A program made the translations under genes and the position numbers. A DNA stretch of 60,230 nucleotides, counting the filler, from Dugesia japonica (Eukaryota), in assembly GCA_001938525.1 (NCBI GenBank). It is 5 parts of 5 records of this genome, joined end to end, with 100 filler letters (N's around TTAATTAATTAA, not from the genome) between each part and the next. Parts side by side here need not be neighbours in the genome. Positions count along the whole stretch, not along the records: positions 9,610 to 26,633 come from MQRL01582411.1; 4 more parts are not named here. One strand, 5' to 3'. The notes under the pieces were generated by a model. That model searched no databases, was not told the DNA's origin, and saw only the letters and a list, made by a program, of their open reading frames with translations. This document shows, in pieces, positions 10,465 through 23,900 of this stretch. The first letter of the stretch is position 1. Every line of letters begins with the position of its first letter.

Positions 10465-11600
10465 ATGGATGAAATAATAGATGATATTAAACAAAACCCA
10501 AAATTTATGGATAAATTGGAAGAAAATTACATTAAAGTTTTAAATTCTTCAGAAAAAGAACAAAATGTAATATTAAAAAATATTTACCTAAATTTAAATT
10601 ATTTGAAGAAGCTATGAATATGGCTGGAAATACAATTTATGATTAAGCAATAGAAAATGAAACTTTAAAAGAAGAATTAGAGAGAACAAATGAATATGAT
10701 GAAGAAAAAATAAATGAATTAACTTCTTTAAATAAAGCTGAAAATGATAATCATAGAAAAAAAATAATAATAAATGCTATTAGAAGATCAGATAATATTA
10801 CAATACAATCACTTCAATAAAATTACTTTTTAAAATGGTTGTAGAAAAAGATTCAAAAGTAATAATTGATTATATAATAAATGTTGATAATTTAAATATA
10901 AAATGTAAAAATCAAAAACAATAATATTTTAAGTAATTATTATTTGTATATTTATTTGTTTACTTCCATATTTAATTATTACTTTCAAAAATCTTATTTT
11001 ATCACTAAAGAAAAATAATGACTACAGAGAGTAAAAAAGATTTATGTATAAATGTTGTTGATTATATTAATTGTGCAAATACTTTTGATTCNNNNNNNNN
11101 NNNNNNNNNNNNNNNNNNNNNNNNNNNNNNNNNNNNNNNNNNNNNNNNNNNNNNNNNNNNNNNNNNNNNNNNNNNNNNNNNNNNNNNNNNNNNNNNNNNN
11201 NNNNNNNNNNNNNNNNNTAAAACTTTAAGAGAATTAAATTTAAAACCTGAGAGAAAAAGATATCATCGAGTTAAATATTCTTTTGATGATAAATCATAGC
11301 AATATATTAAAAATAATTATGGTGATTATATTTTTAATGTTAAAACTAATTCAATTGAAATTTTCGAAATTCCTACAAAAGAAAGTTTAACTGAAAAAAG
11401 AAATAATTTAGTATCAATATCAAAACATTCACATAAATCAATCTCTACAAGTTCCTTAAGTAAAAAATCAATGAGAACAGCTAATGAAATTCGAGGAGTA
11501 TTTGTAGATGTAGATGTAGATAATGAAATTAACAAAGCATTAAACTTTAAAGCCAGAAGATAGCAAAAAGATTATTCTTTGTTTGAAATTTATTCTTAGT
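10465..11600 (+). pseudogene. Degenerate unknown ORFs upstream of PolB (Polinton copy B)
   Basis: Tightly packed AAAATG-started, K/E/N-rich intronless frames; the last abuts the PolB start codon. Confidence 0.4.
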
Positions 11601-11603
11601 AAA

Positions 11604-13945
11604 ATGAATAATGATAAAGAGAACATCCTGGTTTAAAATTTTCAAGTGAAAAAGGCTTGCGACTGCATAAAAACTCCACCACATGTGGAGCTCTAGGAGC
11701 TTCAGGTGGTGGAAGTAGTAGAGGTTCTGCATGGATTAGTGTGATTCCATAATATTGTATTATCTGCGATCATGAATTCACAAGAAAAAATCATGCTCAG
11801 TCACATTTCAACAGTGATTTACACAGAGCGTGTAAAAAAATTGAATGAAGAAAAAGTTAAAGAATTATTTGATGAACTACCTGGTGATGAAGCAATTGAT
11901 TTTGAAAATAATGAAATATTATAANNNNNNNNNTTTTAAAGAAAGTAAAATTGAATTAACAAGAAATGTAAAAACATTAAATTGTAAATTAATAACCAGG
12001 TTTAAAAAAGAAATTACTAAAATTGTTGATAAATATTTGGATTATTCAAAAAAGTTGATATTACGATTGAGCGTCAATTGTAATTATAATAAAGAAGATG
12101 AAGAATATTTAATTCATATTCTAGTAATGAAAGAATAAAAATCAAAAGCGATGTTGAAATTATTGTGCAAGAGTTATTAAATCAACTTCAAAGATATATG
12201 ACAGATGAAGATCAAAGTGAAAGTGGATGGAATTCGGATTGTATTGATGATTTTAAAATTGAACTATCTAAATATCAATCATTAGTTGGCTCAAGTTATA
12301 AAAAATTACCTTTTATTAAACCAGATGTAATTAATATTAAAAATAAAGATAATTATTGTTTTCTATATTCGATTTTAGCTCATAAACATTTATTTGAAGA
12401 TCAACCAACTAGAGTTTCAAAATATATTCCTTATTTATCTGAATTAAAAATAAACGAAATGAATTATCCAGCAAGTATTGATGATGTAAAATTGTTTGAA
12501 AAATTAAATAATTTTAAAGTAAATGTTTTTGAAGTAACTGAAAAAGCTAAAATCTATCCAGTTTATATTTCTCATTATGATATTAACCCATCATCAGACA
12601 CAAAAAAATGTAATTTATTATTTTACAAAGGTTGTTGGTTTTTGCAAGTACTAATAATCATAAAAATCATTTGTGGTTATGTTGTATGAATTCATAAAGA
12701 AGTAAAACTTTATTAAATAATCATCAAAAAGAATGTATAAATCATGATTCTTCAAATGTTTATTTTGAAACTGATAAATATTATTCATTTAAAAATCATC
12801 ATTTCGGAAATGAATTACCATTTGTAATTTATGCTGATTTTGAAAGTTATACTAATACCATTATACCAATAAAAAAAACCATTATCTCTTGGAATTTATA
12901 TCAAAAGTAAATATCCTGAATTAATTCAAAATGAATATAAAGAATTTTATGGAGAAAATGTTCATGAACAGTTCATTTAAATTCTTAGAAGAAATAAATA
13001 ATAAATTAATTAAATATTTCAATAAAAAAGTTCAAACAAATAACTTTCGAGAATATCCGAAATGTAGATATTGTANTAAAAATATAACTGAAAACTTGGT
13101 AATCGATCATGATCCCTTTAATGGAGAATTCAGAGGTTATGCTCATTCAAAATGTAATTTCCAAGATAAATCTTTAAAAAATTTATTTATTCCTTTATAT
13201 TTTTACAATGAATCTGGTTATGATAATCATTTGTTTTTCAAGGAATTATTAACAAAATATCCAAAAGAAGTTAAAAGAATAATTCTTCATACTGATGAAA
13301 TTTATATTTGCTTTGTATTCCGAAAGATTAGATTTTTAGATTCATCGAGAATGTGTTCATTTACATCGATTGATACAATGGGTAAATTATTAAATTAATC
13401 TGGAAAATATAATAATTTAAAATCATTTAATCTTGCTACAAAGAAAATATCATTTCCATATGAATATGTTAAAGGAGAAAATATTAATCAAGTTATTGAA
13501 TTATTAAAATCAAATAATATTCCGTCAAAAGAAGATTTCAATAATAAACTAAAACAAAAGAAAATAACTGATCAAGAATACAATGAATTTTTACAAGACT
13601 TTAGTAACTTTAATAATCTTTGGGATTACATGATGCACTACATGAAAGTAGATGCAATTATTTTAGCTGATTTCTTTGAAAATTTCAGAGATTTGTTAAG
13701 ATAATTATCAAATTGATCCAAGTTATTGTTATTCAGCTTCAGGATTAACTTGGGCTGTAGGAACAAAATTCACACAAGTTAAATTAAAATATGCTCAAGA
13801 AGAAAGTTATGATACTTTCCTAAAGATTGAAAGAGGAGTTAGGGGTGGTTATTCTGGTGTTTGCGGAGAAAGACAGGTTTTTAATCATAACAATAATAAA
13901 AACAGTAATTACAAAAAAATAAATCAAGCTGAAAAAGAATAAATC
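11604..13945 (+). pseudogene. ZnF-pPolB, copy B, truncated before polymerase motif A
   Basis: CIICDHEFTRKNHAQSH; ESGW; YQSLVGSSYKKLP; NKDNYCF; FVIYADFE; EndoVII-like CRYC..VIDHDPFNGEFRGYAHSKCN; YNESGYD; RFLDS; FPYEY; YMKVD; GVRGG. Co-linear with the copy at 31577. Confidence 0.9.
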
Positions 13946-14992
13946 TTTTATAAATCTTTTTAAAATGGTTAATTTTATCATCAATAAAAATCTATAATAA
14001 AATCTACCAGTCTTAAATCTGATAATTTTTCTTTTAAATCTTCTATAGTGTTTTTTTGATCTTTATAAATATATTCGTTTAAATCAGGATATTTTTTACC
14101 TTCTCGTTTTTCCACAACTAAATCATTCTCTTCAAACTCAGACATTTTATTAAAAGTTAATATGAAATAATAATATTATAAATATAAATATTTGCTGGAA
14201 AAATCAAAGTAATTCTTTCTATCCTTCGATGGGATCCTCCAGGATTAATATTAATAGTAAGACGAAATAACTCTTTTTTAGTAAATATAAATTGATGTTC
14301 TTCTGGGGCATTATTAATCATTAAATAAATTGGAAAAAGATGTAAATCAGTATATCCATTAAATAATAAATGTATTTGTTCTAATGGTTTTTTTAAATAA
14401 AAAAAAAGTTCTAATAATATTTATATGATTTTCCTAAAGTAGTAAAATATTTAAATATTCCTTTTCTTTTTATTTTAAATGGAGTTAATCCAGAATGACA
14501 TGGTAATGTGAAGCCGTTGGGATCATTCTTTCTAAAAAAGTGGTTAATCTAAAAAGTGTTTTGGAGTTATTAGTAAAATTTATTTTATTGGAGTAAGGAA
14601 AATAAATATCAATTATTTCTCTAATCTTGTTTAACAGGTTTTGTCTATAAAGTTTATTTTGTGTTTAATTTTGTTTTATTTTCATAATATAATCATTAAT
14701 TTCATTAACACGATCAATATGAAGATCTTGTTTTATTTTATTAAATTCTTCTTCTAAAGGAATTAAAGGATTATTTAACAATTCTATTTGTTTCAAGAGC
14801 TTCGCGATTTCTCTCGATAATATTTCACTTTCTAAATTAATCTTATTAAATTTTTCAGGTGAACAAGTACTTGATAAATTATTAATTTCTTTTGTTAGTT
14901 TTACGATTTCTTTTTCTATTTTTATCACTATTCACACTATTCAGAGGTCATTAAAGTAGTTGATATAGATCCTTATTAATCAATTTGATGTA

Positions 14993-15693
14993 CAGGGTCG
15001 ATTGAGGGTCGAAGGAAAAACAGTTCTTAATACGCAAATCATATATACCTAACCACATATGTAAAATTCTTGAATGTTTCTTTACCAAAAATAAATAAAT
15101 AAATGTATATTTATTCGGCTTAAAAAAAGTATTTACGTACTACTTGAGCTCTGAACTTCTGGCTTAAGAGAACTCAAGCGAAGCTATGTCTACCAGGTGG
15201 TTTCTCCACTGCGCAATTATATATGTACGTTTGTGCAAATTTCACGAGCGCTGATGTTACAAAAGCAAATATGATACGCAGTTTCAGATATCTTTGCAAA
15301 CTATGAACCGTGTTAAATATTTGCAGCCATTATTATTTTATAGTCGTTTTTATAAAACGATTCGTTTAGTTTAGATATCAATTTTAATCATCTATACATG
15401 TAAAAAAAGGAGGTAAGCATTAATACTAATACCTTCCACTAATATATGGATTAGTATAATATATCATTTTATTTTTAACTTATTTTTAGAACCCTAATTA
15501 AACATTGACAACTTCAGTTTTAAAAAGAAATGTCGGTATTATTAATTTGATTATTTGAAATTTGGATTTATTTGTCCACCAACAAATAAAACGATTCCTG
15601 TGTCTTCTATGTGAAAAATCTTTTATGGGGATCAATAAGGCATTTCGAAAAACTATATAGGGGTCGATGATTAAAAAAGTTTGGCGATCCCTG
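14993..15693. mobile_element. Non-autonomous hAT-like remnant
   Basis: Right end GGGGTCGATG..AAAAGTTTGGCGATCCCTG (TIR CAGGGATCGCCAAAC); GGGTCGA subterminal motifs at the left. Confidence 0.5.
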
Positions 15694-15774
15694 ATAAAGT
15701 TAGTTGGTAGTTTTAAAAAATTTTGTTTAACAACAGCTCTCAGTTTTAAAAATTGAGTTGTTTTTTAATACATG

Positions 15775-18700
15775 TGTTGGGTTAGAACACATAATTTCAG
15801 TGCAAAAGAGCTAACAAAGCATCCCCAAATAATACGGAAATTAACCGAGAACAAGTGGAAAATTAAGTGGAAATGGGTGCTGGACCAGATATTTTTATCT
15901 TATATTATCATTATTATTGTGATATTATTGTTATTATAATTATTATACGATTATTATTGAAACGAGAAGAATGAAAATTGTGCGTAGAGGACTTGAATTT
16001 GGTGGTACAACGATAAAATTTTGATGTACGAGTAGAAAATGATAAGCCAAATAATAAAAATAATACAAAATACTATAATAAAGTATTAAAAGGGCTTCTA
16101 CAACCCACTATCGTTTTTATAAATAACGCTAATTAGCGTTTAATATTATTAAAAAGTTGATTTATTCTGGTCCAGTCACGTTTATTTTGGTTTTTCCAAG
16201 TGATGATTCACTTAGAAAACTAAATAGTGAGACAAAGACATTCCCCTGACGACACGAATTTTGTTTTTTCAGAGATTATTTCAGAGATGATTTCAGAGAT
16301 TCGAGAAAATCCGTCCCCGGGAACCAATGAGACTACGAGATTTTGCAATACGAACCGATGATTGGGCGAGCAATGAGAGCTCGTCAATCTTTGAAGGAAT
16401 AAAACATCGTTACCCGGAAAAAAGAATTAGAATAAAATTTGAATTTTTGGTGAAAATATTTAACATTACTGCGAATAAAATTTTTTTGGATTCCATTTGA
16501 AGAAATAAAGCTTTGAATTTTGAATTACCATTGTTACAAACACAGTTGAAATTACCAGCAGTTAATCCGAACAATTTCCAGGAAAAACACTGATTGCTAA
16601 GGAAAAAGTAACTATTCAATTTTTATTCATTAATGTACTCTTATATTAAAATCGAACTGTTTTATTATTTAACTAATTTTATCCGAGTGTCATAACGAGA
16701 GTACGGGTGAGGAAAGTGTAATCCGGATTCGATGAATATAGAGCTAGAGTTGATCGAGAACTCTACCTATTTTTTTGAGCACTAGTGGTTTTGAGCGATA
16801 AAATGCCATTAAGAAAATGATATGTTTTTATGCGATGAAATAACCAAGAATAAATTTAGTGTANNNNNNNNNNNNNNNNNNNNNNNNNNNNNNNNNNNNN
16901 NNNNNNNNNNNNNNNNNNNNNNNNNNNNNNNNNNNNNNNNNNNNNNNNNNNNNNNNNNNNNNNNNNNNNNNNNNNNNNNNNNNNNNNNNNNNNNNTAATT
17001 AACTATGAATACGGAGTTGAATGCGAGGCTGTAATTAAACTAAAATTCTTTGAAATTGATAATAAATAATAAATGCTTTATCTTATATCAATTATTCTTT
17101 ATTTGTTATTAGGTTGAGATTTATTTTTGGGTGCAATAAAAGTACCTTAGTAATTTATTGATGTTTCATTACAGGTTAAATAGTTAGTGACGTAATAGTT
17201 CAATTTATAAGAAATGAATGAATTAATAAAAAAAAAATTTTTATTTTATTATTTGCGAAATTCAACTATCAGTTTGTACTTAATTTATCAATTTCGATAG
17301 GCCGGGAAGTCATAAGGAAAAAGTAACGGAGTTTAGTGATGACAGGAACGAGGAAAGATGCTTGTTTCCAGCAGGTATCTTCCCTGGTTCGTGTTATGAA
17401 CTAAGGAACAATATTTAATAGACCGAAGGCCGAAGAAAGTCGGTCTCCGAGATACATTTTAATTTATTAAGGTTTAAAATTTTCTTTTATTTATTATCAT
17501 ATATAGAGCAAATCGATAAAATGATCATAATTTCTTAGGTAATGAATAAGAGAAGAAATTTAAAACGACCACGTTATATATGGCCGTACATCGATCGCAA
17601 CGTTTACTACTGTATCGAGTGGACGGAGGTCCAAGAAATGATTCGCGAGGAAAAAATAGAAAGAAAAGAAGAGGTAACTGAGTTGAGGGCGGACCTCGAG
17701 GTGCCAGTTTGCGGATCACCATACTCGAAGCCAATAATACGTTACTGACATCGCAACTGAATCGGTTGATGGCGGTCCTTGAGGAGACTGAATAGATAGC
17801 CATTGCCGGGGACGTCCAACAGCCGGAGATGGATCCCGATGGGGACGAGAGTGAAGAAGGCGAGTTGGATTCGCCAGACGAACGAGAAAAAAGGGAAATA
17901 ATGAGGAGCTTGCTGGCCTTGAGCGGCGCTAGTACGGCCTCCAGTGTAATTGAAAAATAAAAATTTTATGTATTGGAAAAATTACTAGCGATTTATTTTT
18001 AAATTTTTTTATTGTTTATGCTGAACTCTAGTAAAGAGGTGAAAGTGTGATATGTAAGTCACGATAATCTGCAGAGGAAGGGTTGATCAATTTTCGTTCT
18101 AGTTTGTTTATATCGTTTATTCGGCAGTTCATGGAAATGCCATAACTGAGCACAAGGAAAATTACCAAATTCGAGCAATATAAAATATATTTATTGTACG
18201 GTAATTATTTCCGAAATGATGTCAAAATTTTGCAAAAAAATGGCAAAAGATCGTTCAAAGATTATTCTGAATGACTTGATCATTTCTGCTAAAATTAAAT
18301 TTGCATCGAAATATTTATTATTTTATTGATAAGACAAGTTAATTTTCGATCTGTCAACCGCAGATTTTAGGTGGTAGAAGTGTATTATTTATACGTTACA
18401 ATATTTATATTTTACTTTGGAAAATAGTGACATAAATGAATTCCAATTTTATTATCCACCATTGCACTGGTTAATATTCCGCATTGAGGGTGAGATCTGA
18501 GTATGGTGTAAGGGAATATTGGACAATGTTATGAAGGGTTTAAAATCTAGAATGACAACGAGTAAATAGCCAATGAGTGAGTGGGAATTGGGGTTCCTAT
18601 AAAAGAAACGTAAGACACGATACCACAAAGTTGCGCTGAACCCGTGGAAAAAGAGGGGCATGTCACAGAGGTGACTAAATGCTTGTGGTTTTTAGGTATG

Positions 18701-18801
18701 TCTCTAGGCGGAGTATATCGGATTTATTTAGTTACGGAAATAATCAAATAGGCAACGTACAGATATTAAAGTCAGATAGTCAAAATCCTAAAAACCCAAC
18801 A
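15775..18801 (+). mobile_element. ~3-kb TG...CA element (long solo LTR or Ginger-like) with a coiled-coil cargo ORF
   Basis: Ends TGTTGGGTT ... AACCCAACA flanked by a CATG/CATG 4-bp TSD. Contains a GC-richer degenerate ORF at 17542-17960. Confidence 0.65.
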
Positions 18802-19299
18802 CATGTTTTAGTAAGTTTGACATTATATTTATTTAAATTATAATTTATAAACGTTCGAAAATTTTTAGTTCATCAAATATATGAAAACGCACCAAACTTT
18901 AAATGATTTTTTTATTCCACAAAATTTAATAAAATGAACTTCAGTCTAGAAACTAAATCGCCATTCTTAGGATTTCTGACAGAAACTGGAAAAACATCAG
19001 TTTAAACACGAAAATTGAAAAAAGGAAACTAATCTTTTTCAAAACTTATTTTTCTGTATTTTGAAATTTTTTTAATGTTTTATAATTGGTAGAAAAATTC
19101 ATTAATAGCAAAATGTTTGTTATGAAAGAATTTATATCTTTTAATAAACAATAACTGTGGTATTTTTATTAATAGTGGCAGCACCTTTAAAATAATCTTC
19201 AAACTATTTGAAATATTAAAATACATATAAATATATATAAATATAGTAAGTGAAAATTTTTATGTAAATTATGTTTAATAAATAATTAACAGCCTGCAG

Positions 19300-19930
19300 T
19301 TTTAATAGATATGCAATCTGTTTTGGAATCTGTAAAAAAACGAAAGAATGCTCTTTCAAAGGAAATAAGAATTTTTAATAGTAATTATGTAATTAAATAC
19401 TCAGGAGGATAAGCCACGAGTTTAAAAACTCATTTAAAATCAAAACATGATATTGATCTCACTCAAATCTCGTTCACGAACAAGATATAACATAATTTGT
19501 AAGAGTCTAAATAAAATAGTATATGATATGACTGCAAAGGAAATATATATTAAAGCTATTACAAGAAATAAGTTAATTCTTGATTCAATCAGAAAAAAAG
19601 ATACAAGCTTCAGAAAATGAGAGTGATGTAATGAAGATTGTTAACGATGATTTCCAAAATAAGAAAAACAAAATGATTTCTGAAAATAAATCAAAAAAAA
19701 TATCAGTTCGCCGTAAACGATTTTTTTTACCACATCTTCGGATAATGTATTGCTGAATCAATGACTGAAATAGAATCCACTCATTTGAAGAATTTTTCAA
19801 AAAATTCCGAAATAAACAATTAACCAAAAAATACATGAAGATTGTTAAAATTGGCCACCAATATTGTATTGATAATAGAATACAATTAGGAGTTACTAAC
19901 GCATTGTATAATAACGACATTCATTCTAGT
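19300..19930 (+). mobile_element. hAT transposase remnant (BED-finger end and CxxH-like region)
   Basis: IKYSGG*ATSLKTHLKSKH; IKAITRNKLILDS..VMKIVNDDF; HQYCIDNRIQLGVTNALY. Confidence 0.5.
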
Positions 19931-20181
19931 GAGCTTGAATAGCAGTTGGCTAAAAACCCTTGTTTTTAAAAAATCATAAATCGAAGTATTTAGACCAAAG
20001 TAATAACAATAAATAATTTAAAAGTGTAATACACCAACATAATTTTTAAACTATGATGACTAGACAATTCGACAAAGGAAAATTTCGACACAGAAAATGG
20101 CATGTACAACCACCGGGTTCCATTTTTTGAATATACGAAATCTTTTCCAGTTTTTTTAATAATGAATTTCTTTTAGCTTAA

Positions 20182-21632
20182 TGTTGAGGAAAACCAACCC
20201 TAAATACACATGCATGCACGCATCTACATGTTGAGGAAAATTAAAATCAGTTAATAAAAATTAAAATCATTTGACATACACAACATACACAACAAGTAAT
20301 ATACAAAACAATCGGAAAGCATTCCAATCAACCAACTCAAGCAATCAATCAATTCGAGCAATCAATCAATTTAAAATCAATAAACTTTATCTGATTCAAA
20401 GTCTATTTGATATGATCTGATTTTAATTGACTTTGTTAAATTAATTTGTTATCTCCAAAATTTTCTTTTATTTCTTTTTTAGAATTTTATATTTATATTT
20501 CATCCGTATCTAATTAGAAAATTGTATATTACATGAACTATTATTTATAATTAGAAATATCTTATTTAATGAACAATTATTTATTTACAAATGATCTGTA
20601 ATTTATTGAAATTATTGATTAATGGAAAATTTTTATCTGTAATAATGGAATTTTTATGATATTTTATGTAATCAACGAAAATTTCTATGTAAGTTTTTTA
20701 TCTTATAATAATAATACTAAAATCATGCATGCCATACTAGTATTCGTATTAGTATAAATAGTGATCAAAATTTTAGATGATCACCCTTCTTTAAAACCGA
20801 AAATTGTTTGTACCTTCTGAGATCCACAGCAAAAAGGTTAAAAATCTTTACGTCTGTAATTACGTTTTTGTAATTAAGTTTTGTATTGAAGAGTAACGAA
20901 ATTTTATATCAAATTACATATTTTAAAAGTAAATCTTGATTTTATTAAATAAGTCGACTTAATATATCTATAATAATCATATTAAGTTATAATTAATTAT
21001 TTTTAACTATGTAAATAAATTTTTATATTTTATTTATAATTTATTCGATTGTAAGAAATCGATTTGAATTTCATTTCAATATTTTTCAATATTTATTCAA
21101 ATGCTAAAAATAATGTAAATAAATGGTTTCACAATTTTTATATTTTATTCGGGTTTATGAAAAGAAATAATAATGGACTGAATTTATTTATTTACGCAGT
21201 AAAAAAAGTGTTCTTATTTTTGAAATTTTATTTTGAAATTTTATTTATTCTGTAAAAAAATATATCAACACCACATGAAAATAATGGGTAAGTATAAATA
21301 GAGAGCCAAAACTCATTGTTTTCACCCTCTTAAAAAGGCTGATAAAGTGTTTGGACTTTTTGAACTCCACAACCAAAGGCTAAAAATATTATTATTATTT
21401 ATTACTGTTAAATTTTAAAATACGCGTTGTTATTTAATTACAAATTTTGAAAAGTAATTTTTGATTCATTAAATAAGGGATACTATATAGTCTATTTATA
21501 ACATATTGATTTATTTTTATTAAACATATTAAAACAATATATACTGGGATTCATCTAATTATAAAATTCAATCATTAAACTCACGCCCTGTTGACTTATT
21601 TTCGAAAATTAATCCCCCAAATTATCTCAACA
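20182..21632 (+). mobile_element. Solo LTR (1451 bp) with TTAA TSD
   Basis: TGTTGAG...CTCAACA with TTAA on both flanks; both ends similar to 24127-25236. Confidence 0.8.
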
Positions 21633-21692
21633 TTAATATAATTAATATCAAAATAAAGATAAAAAATATAGATTTTTTTTTTACCAAATACC

Positions 21693-22100
21693 ATGGTTCT
21701 CAACAATCAACAACGCAAATTTCTGATAGAATGTTATTTCATGTTCTTTTATTAATGAAAGATGAATTTATTCTTATAATGCCTGTTTGCAATAATTTCG
21801 TGAACATTGTCCTAATGTTACCATGCAGAACTGTTCTCAACAAAGTTAAATTCAAGTTTAGGAAGACTGCATCAGTAGGAAATGTAAAGCACAATCCCAA
21901 AAGTTGGCGAGTCAATGCAAAAATTATTGGCAAATTGATACGCCAATTTTCTACAGAAACTGGTTTGTCGGTTGAGGAATTTCATGTGTTGATTAGCAAA
22001 ACACTGAAATTGTTTCCCTACAAAATGCACCAGATCATAGTAAACTACTGCAAATGGGTTCAAGATAACATTTATAACATTTCTAATTATTTCAATTTTA
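21693..22100 (+). mobile_element. Tc1/mariner-superfamily transposase N-terminal remnant (DUF4817-like HTH)
   Basis: MVLNNQQRKFLIECYF..KFRKTASVGN..RQFSTETGLS..ISKTLKLFPYKMHQ..VNYCKW. Confidence 0.65.
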
Positions 22101-23042
22101 TAATTACTTTTGTGCGACTAGAACAGAGTTTAATTATAAGGGTAATCAGGAAAAATAATAAACCAGATATTAAAAAATAAAATGGAATAAAGAAATTGGC
22201 AGAATATTAGTAAATAAATACGAAATAATAAGAAAAAGAATGCTAGTTAAAGCAAAATAACAACCATTAAAAATTAATAATAAATAAACAAAGAGAAATA
22301 GAAAATAAATTGACATCAAATACAGAATAAAGTAAGAAATAAAATATCATCAAATAGACAAAAAGGATAAAAAAGTGCTAAATAGATTCAAATAGAAGAT
22401 GAAAAAATTGATTAAAACAATGGTAAAATGATGATATAATGAAAGATTATTATTAAAAAATAAAACCAGTGCATTTTGATATCAATCAAACGAACGAAAC
22501 CCGAAGCTATAGCAAATCAATATTCAGCAAATGCAGCCAAGAATATAATTATTATGTAGATGAATGAAACCGAGATTGTGAAAGAAATGAATTTTTCAAA
22601 GAAATTAGTGGGACTTATACTTCAATTAGTAATCGATTTATTAAGCTCCAGTGTATCAAAATTTAAGTCATGTTACTACCTTTCGAATCGCAAAGAACCG
22701 GGTGTGTACATTGGAAATTAAAATCTAAAACTGTTTGTGAAGGTAATCTTTAAGCAAATTCAAAAAATCCCTTTGAAAATCCAAAAGTGTATTTTCTATC
22801 AAAGTTTTGAATTAAATGTTTTAATATTAAAATATTTGGAACGGTAAATTATATTTGTCTTATAACTATTTAAAACAAAGGCGTAAATGTTAGTGTATTT
22901 TTAAGAAATCAATTCATTCAACTAAGAAAGTATAAACGATTACTTAAATTCTATGCAAAAAATAATGAAGAGAATAGTAAAATATATTCCATGCAAATTA
23001 TTCGGACTTTAATGCTACCATTTTAAAGTTACTACTTTTAAT

Positions 23043-23773
23043 TTAACTCAAATTATTTTCGAAATATTCCAAGTCACCAAGAAAACCAAACTCTTCTTCC
23101 TTAATAGCAGGAACAATCGAAGTATCAAAATCTAGAAAATAATCATCTTTTATGGCTTCCGCAGCACTAATTCTTTTAGACGGATTATAAATAAACATTT
23201 TCTACATATAAATTGATGGAAATTTGAATTAATGGAAAAAGAATACCATGATTAGATTGAAACAGTTAGAATCCACTGTAGATTGTAATATCTTTATGAC
23301 ATTTTTAGTATCATTTTCAACTACCAAGCTTTCAAAATTAAATCTATCCAATAACCCAGGGAAATCACTTTTCTTGGGAACACCTAGTTGTGTGAAAAGA
23401 CTATAAAGGACATCCATATCAGATGTTCCTCTAAATGGAACTTTTTTCAAAAACATTTCTACAAATATACATCCTAATGACCAAATATCAATACTTGTAC
23501 CATAATTGTTTGAATTAAGTATTAATTCAGGACTGCGATAAAATAAAGTGACAACCTATACAAAGGAAATCAATGAAAATATGAAAATGATCAATTTACC
23601 AAAGGTGTTAAAGGTCTATTGATAACATCAATTTTACGAGCTAAACCAAAATCTGTAAGTTTTACGACTTTCTCATTATGAGAAACAAGAACATTTTGTG
23701 ATTTGATATCTCGATGAAGTACTCTACGATTGTGACAAAATAAAATTCCTTGAAGAAGCTGATACATGAAACT
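23043..23773 (-). CDS. Cyclin-dependent kinase (CDK1/2-like, divergent), last three exons
   Basis: Exons 23773-23600, 23555-23247 and 23201-23043 (44- and 45-bp GT-AG introns, phase 0) give [37 protein letters not shown]|[19 protein letters not shown]..|[13 protein letters not shown]. Confidence 0.92.
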
Positions 23774-23900
23774 CTAAAATTGAGATATTTTCTAACATAT
23801 TCAATTGGTACTTATTTATTAGAGAACCAAGTAAAATGATACAAATAATTATAGGTACTTTATATGATTATGAAATTTTATGTAAATTTATGCTTTACAA

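Noticed and set aside
13960-14928. Capsid or other Polinton structural genes on the minus strand
   Set aside because: Only short coiled-coil or unrecognisable frames; no jelly-roll or protease motif seen.
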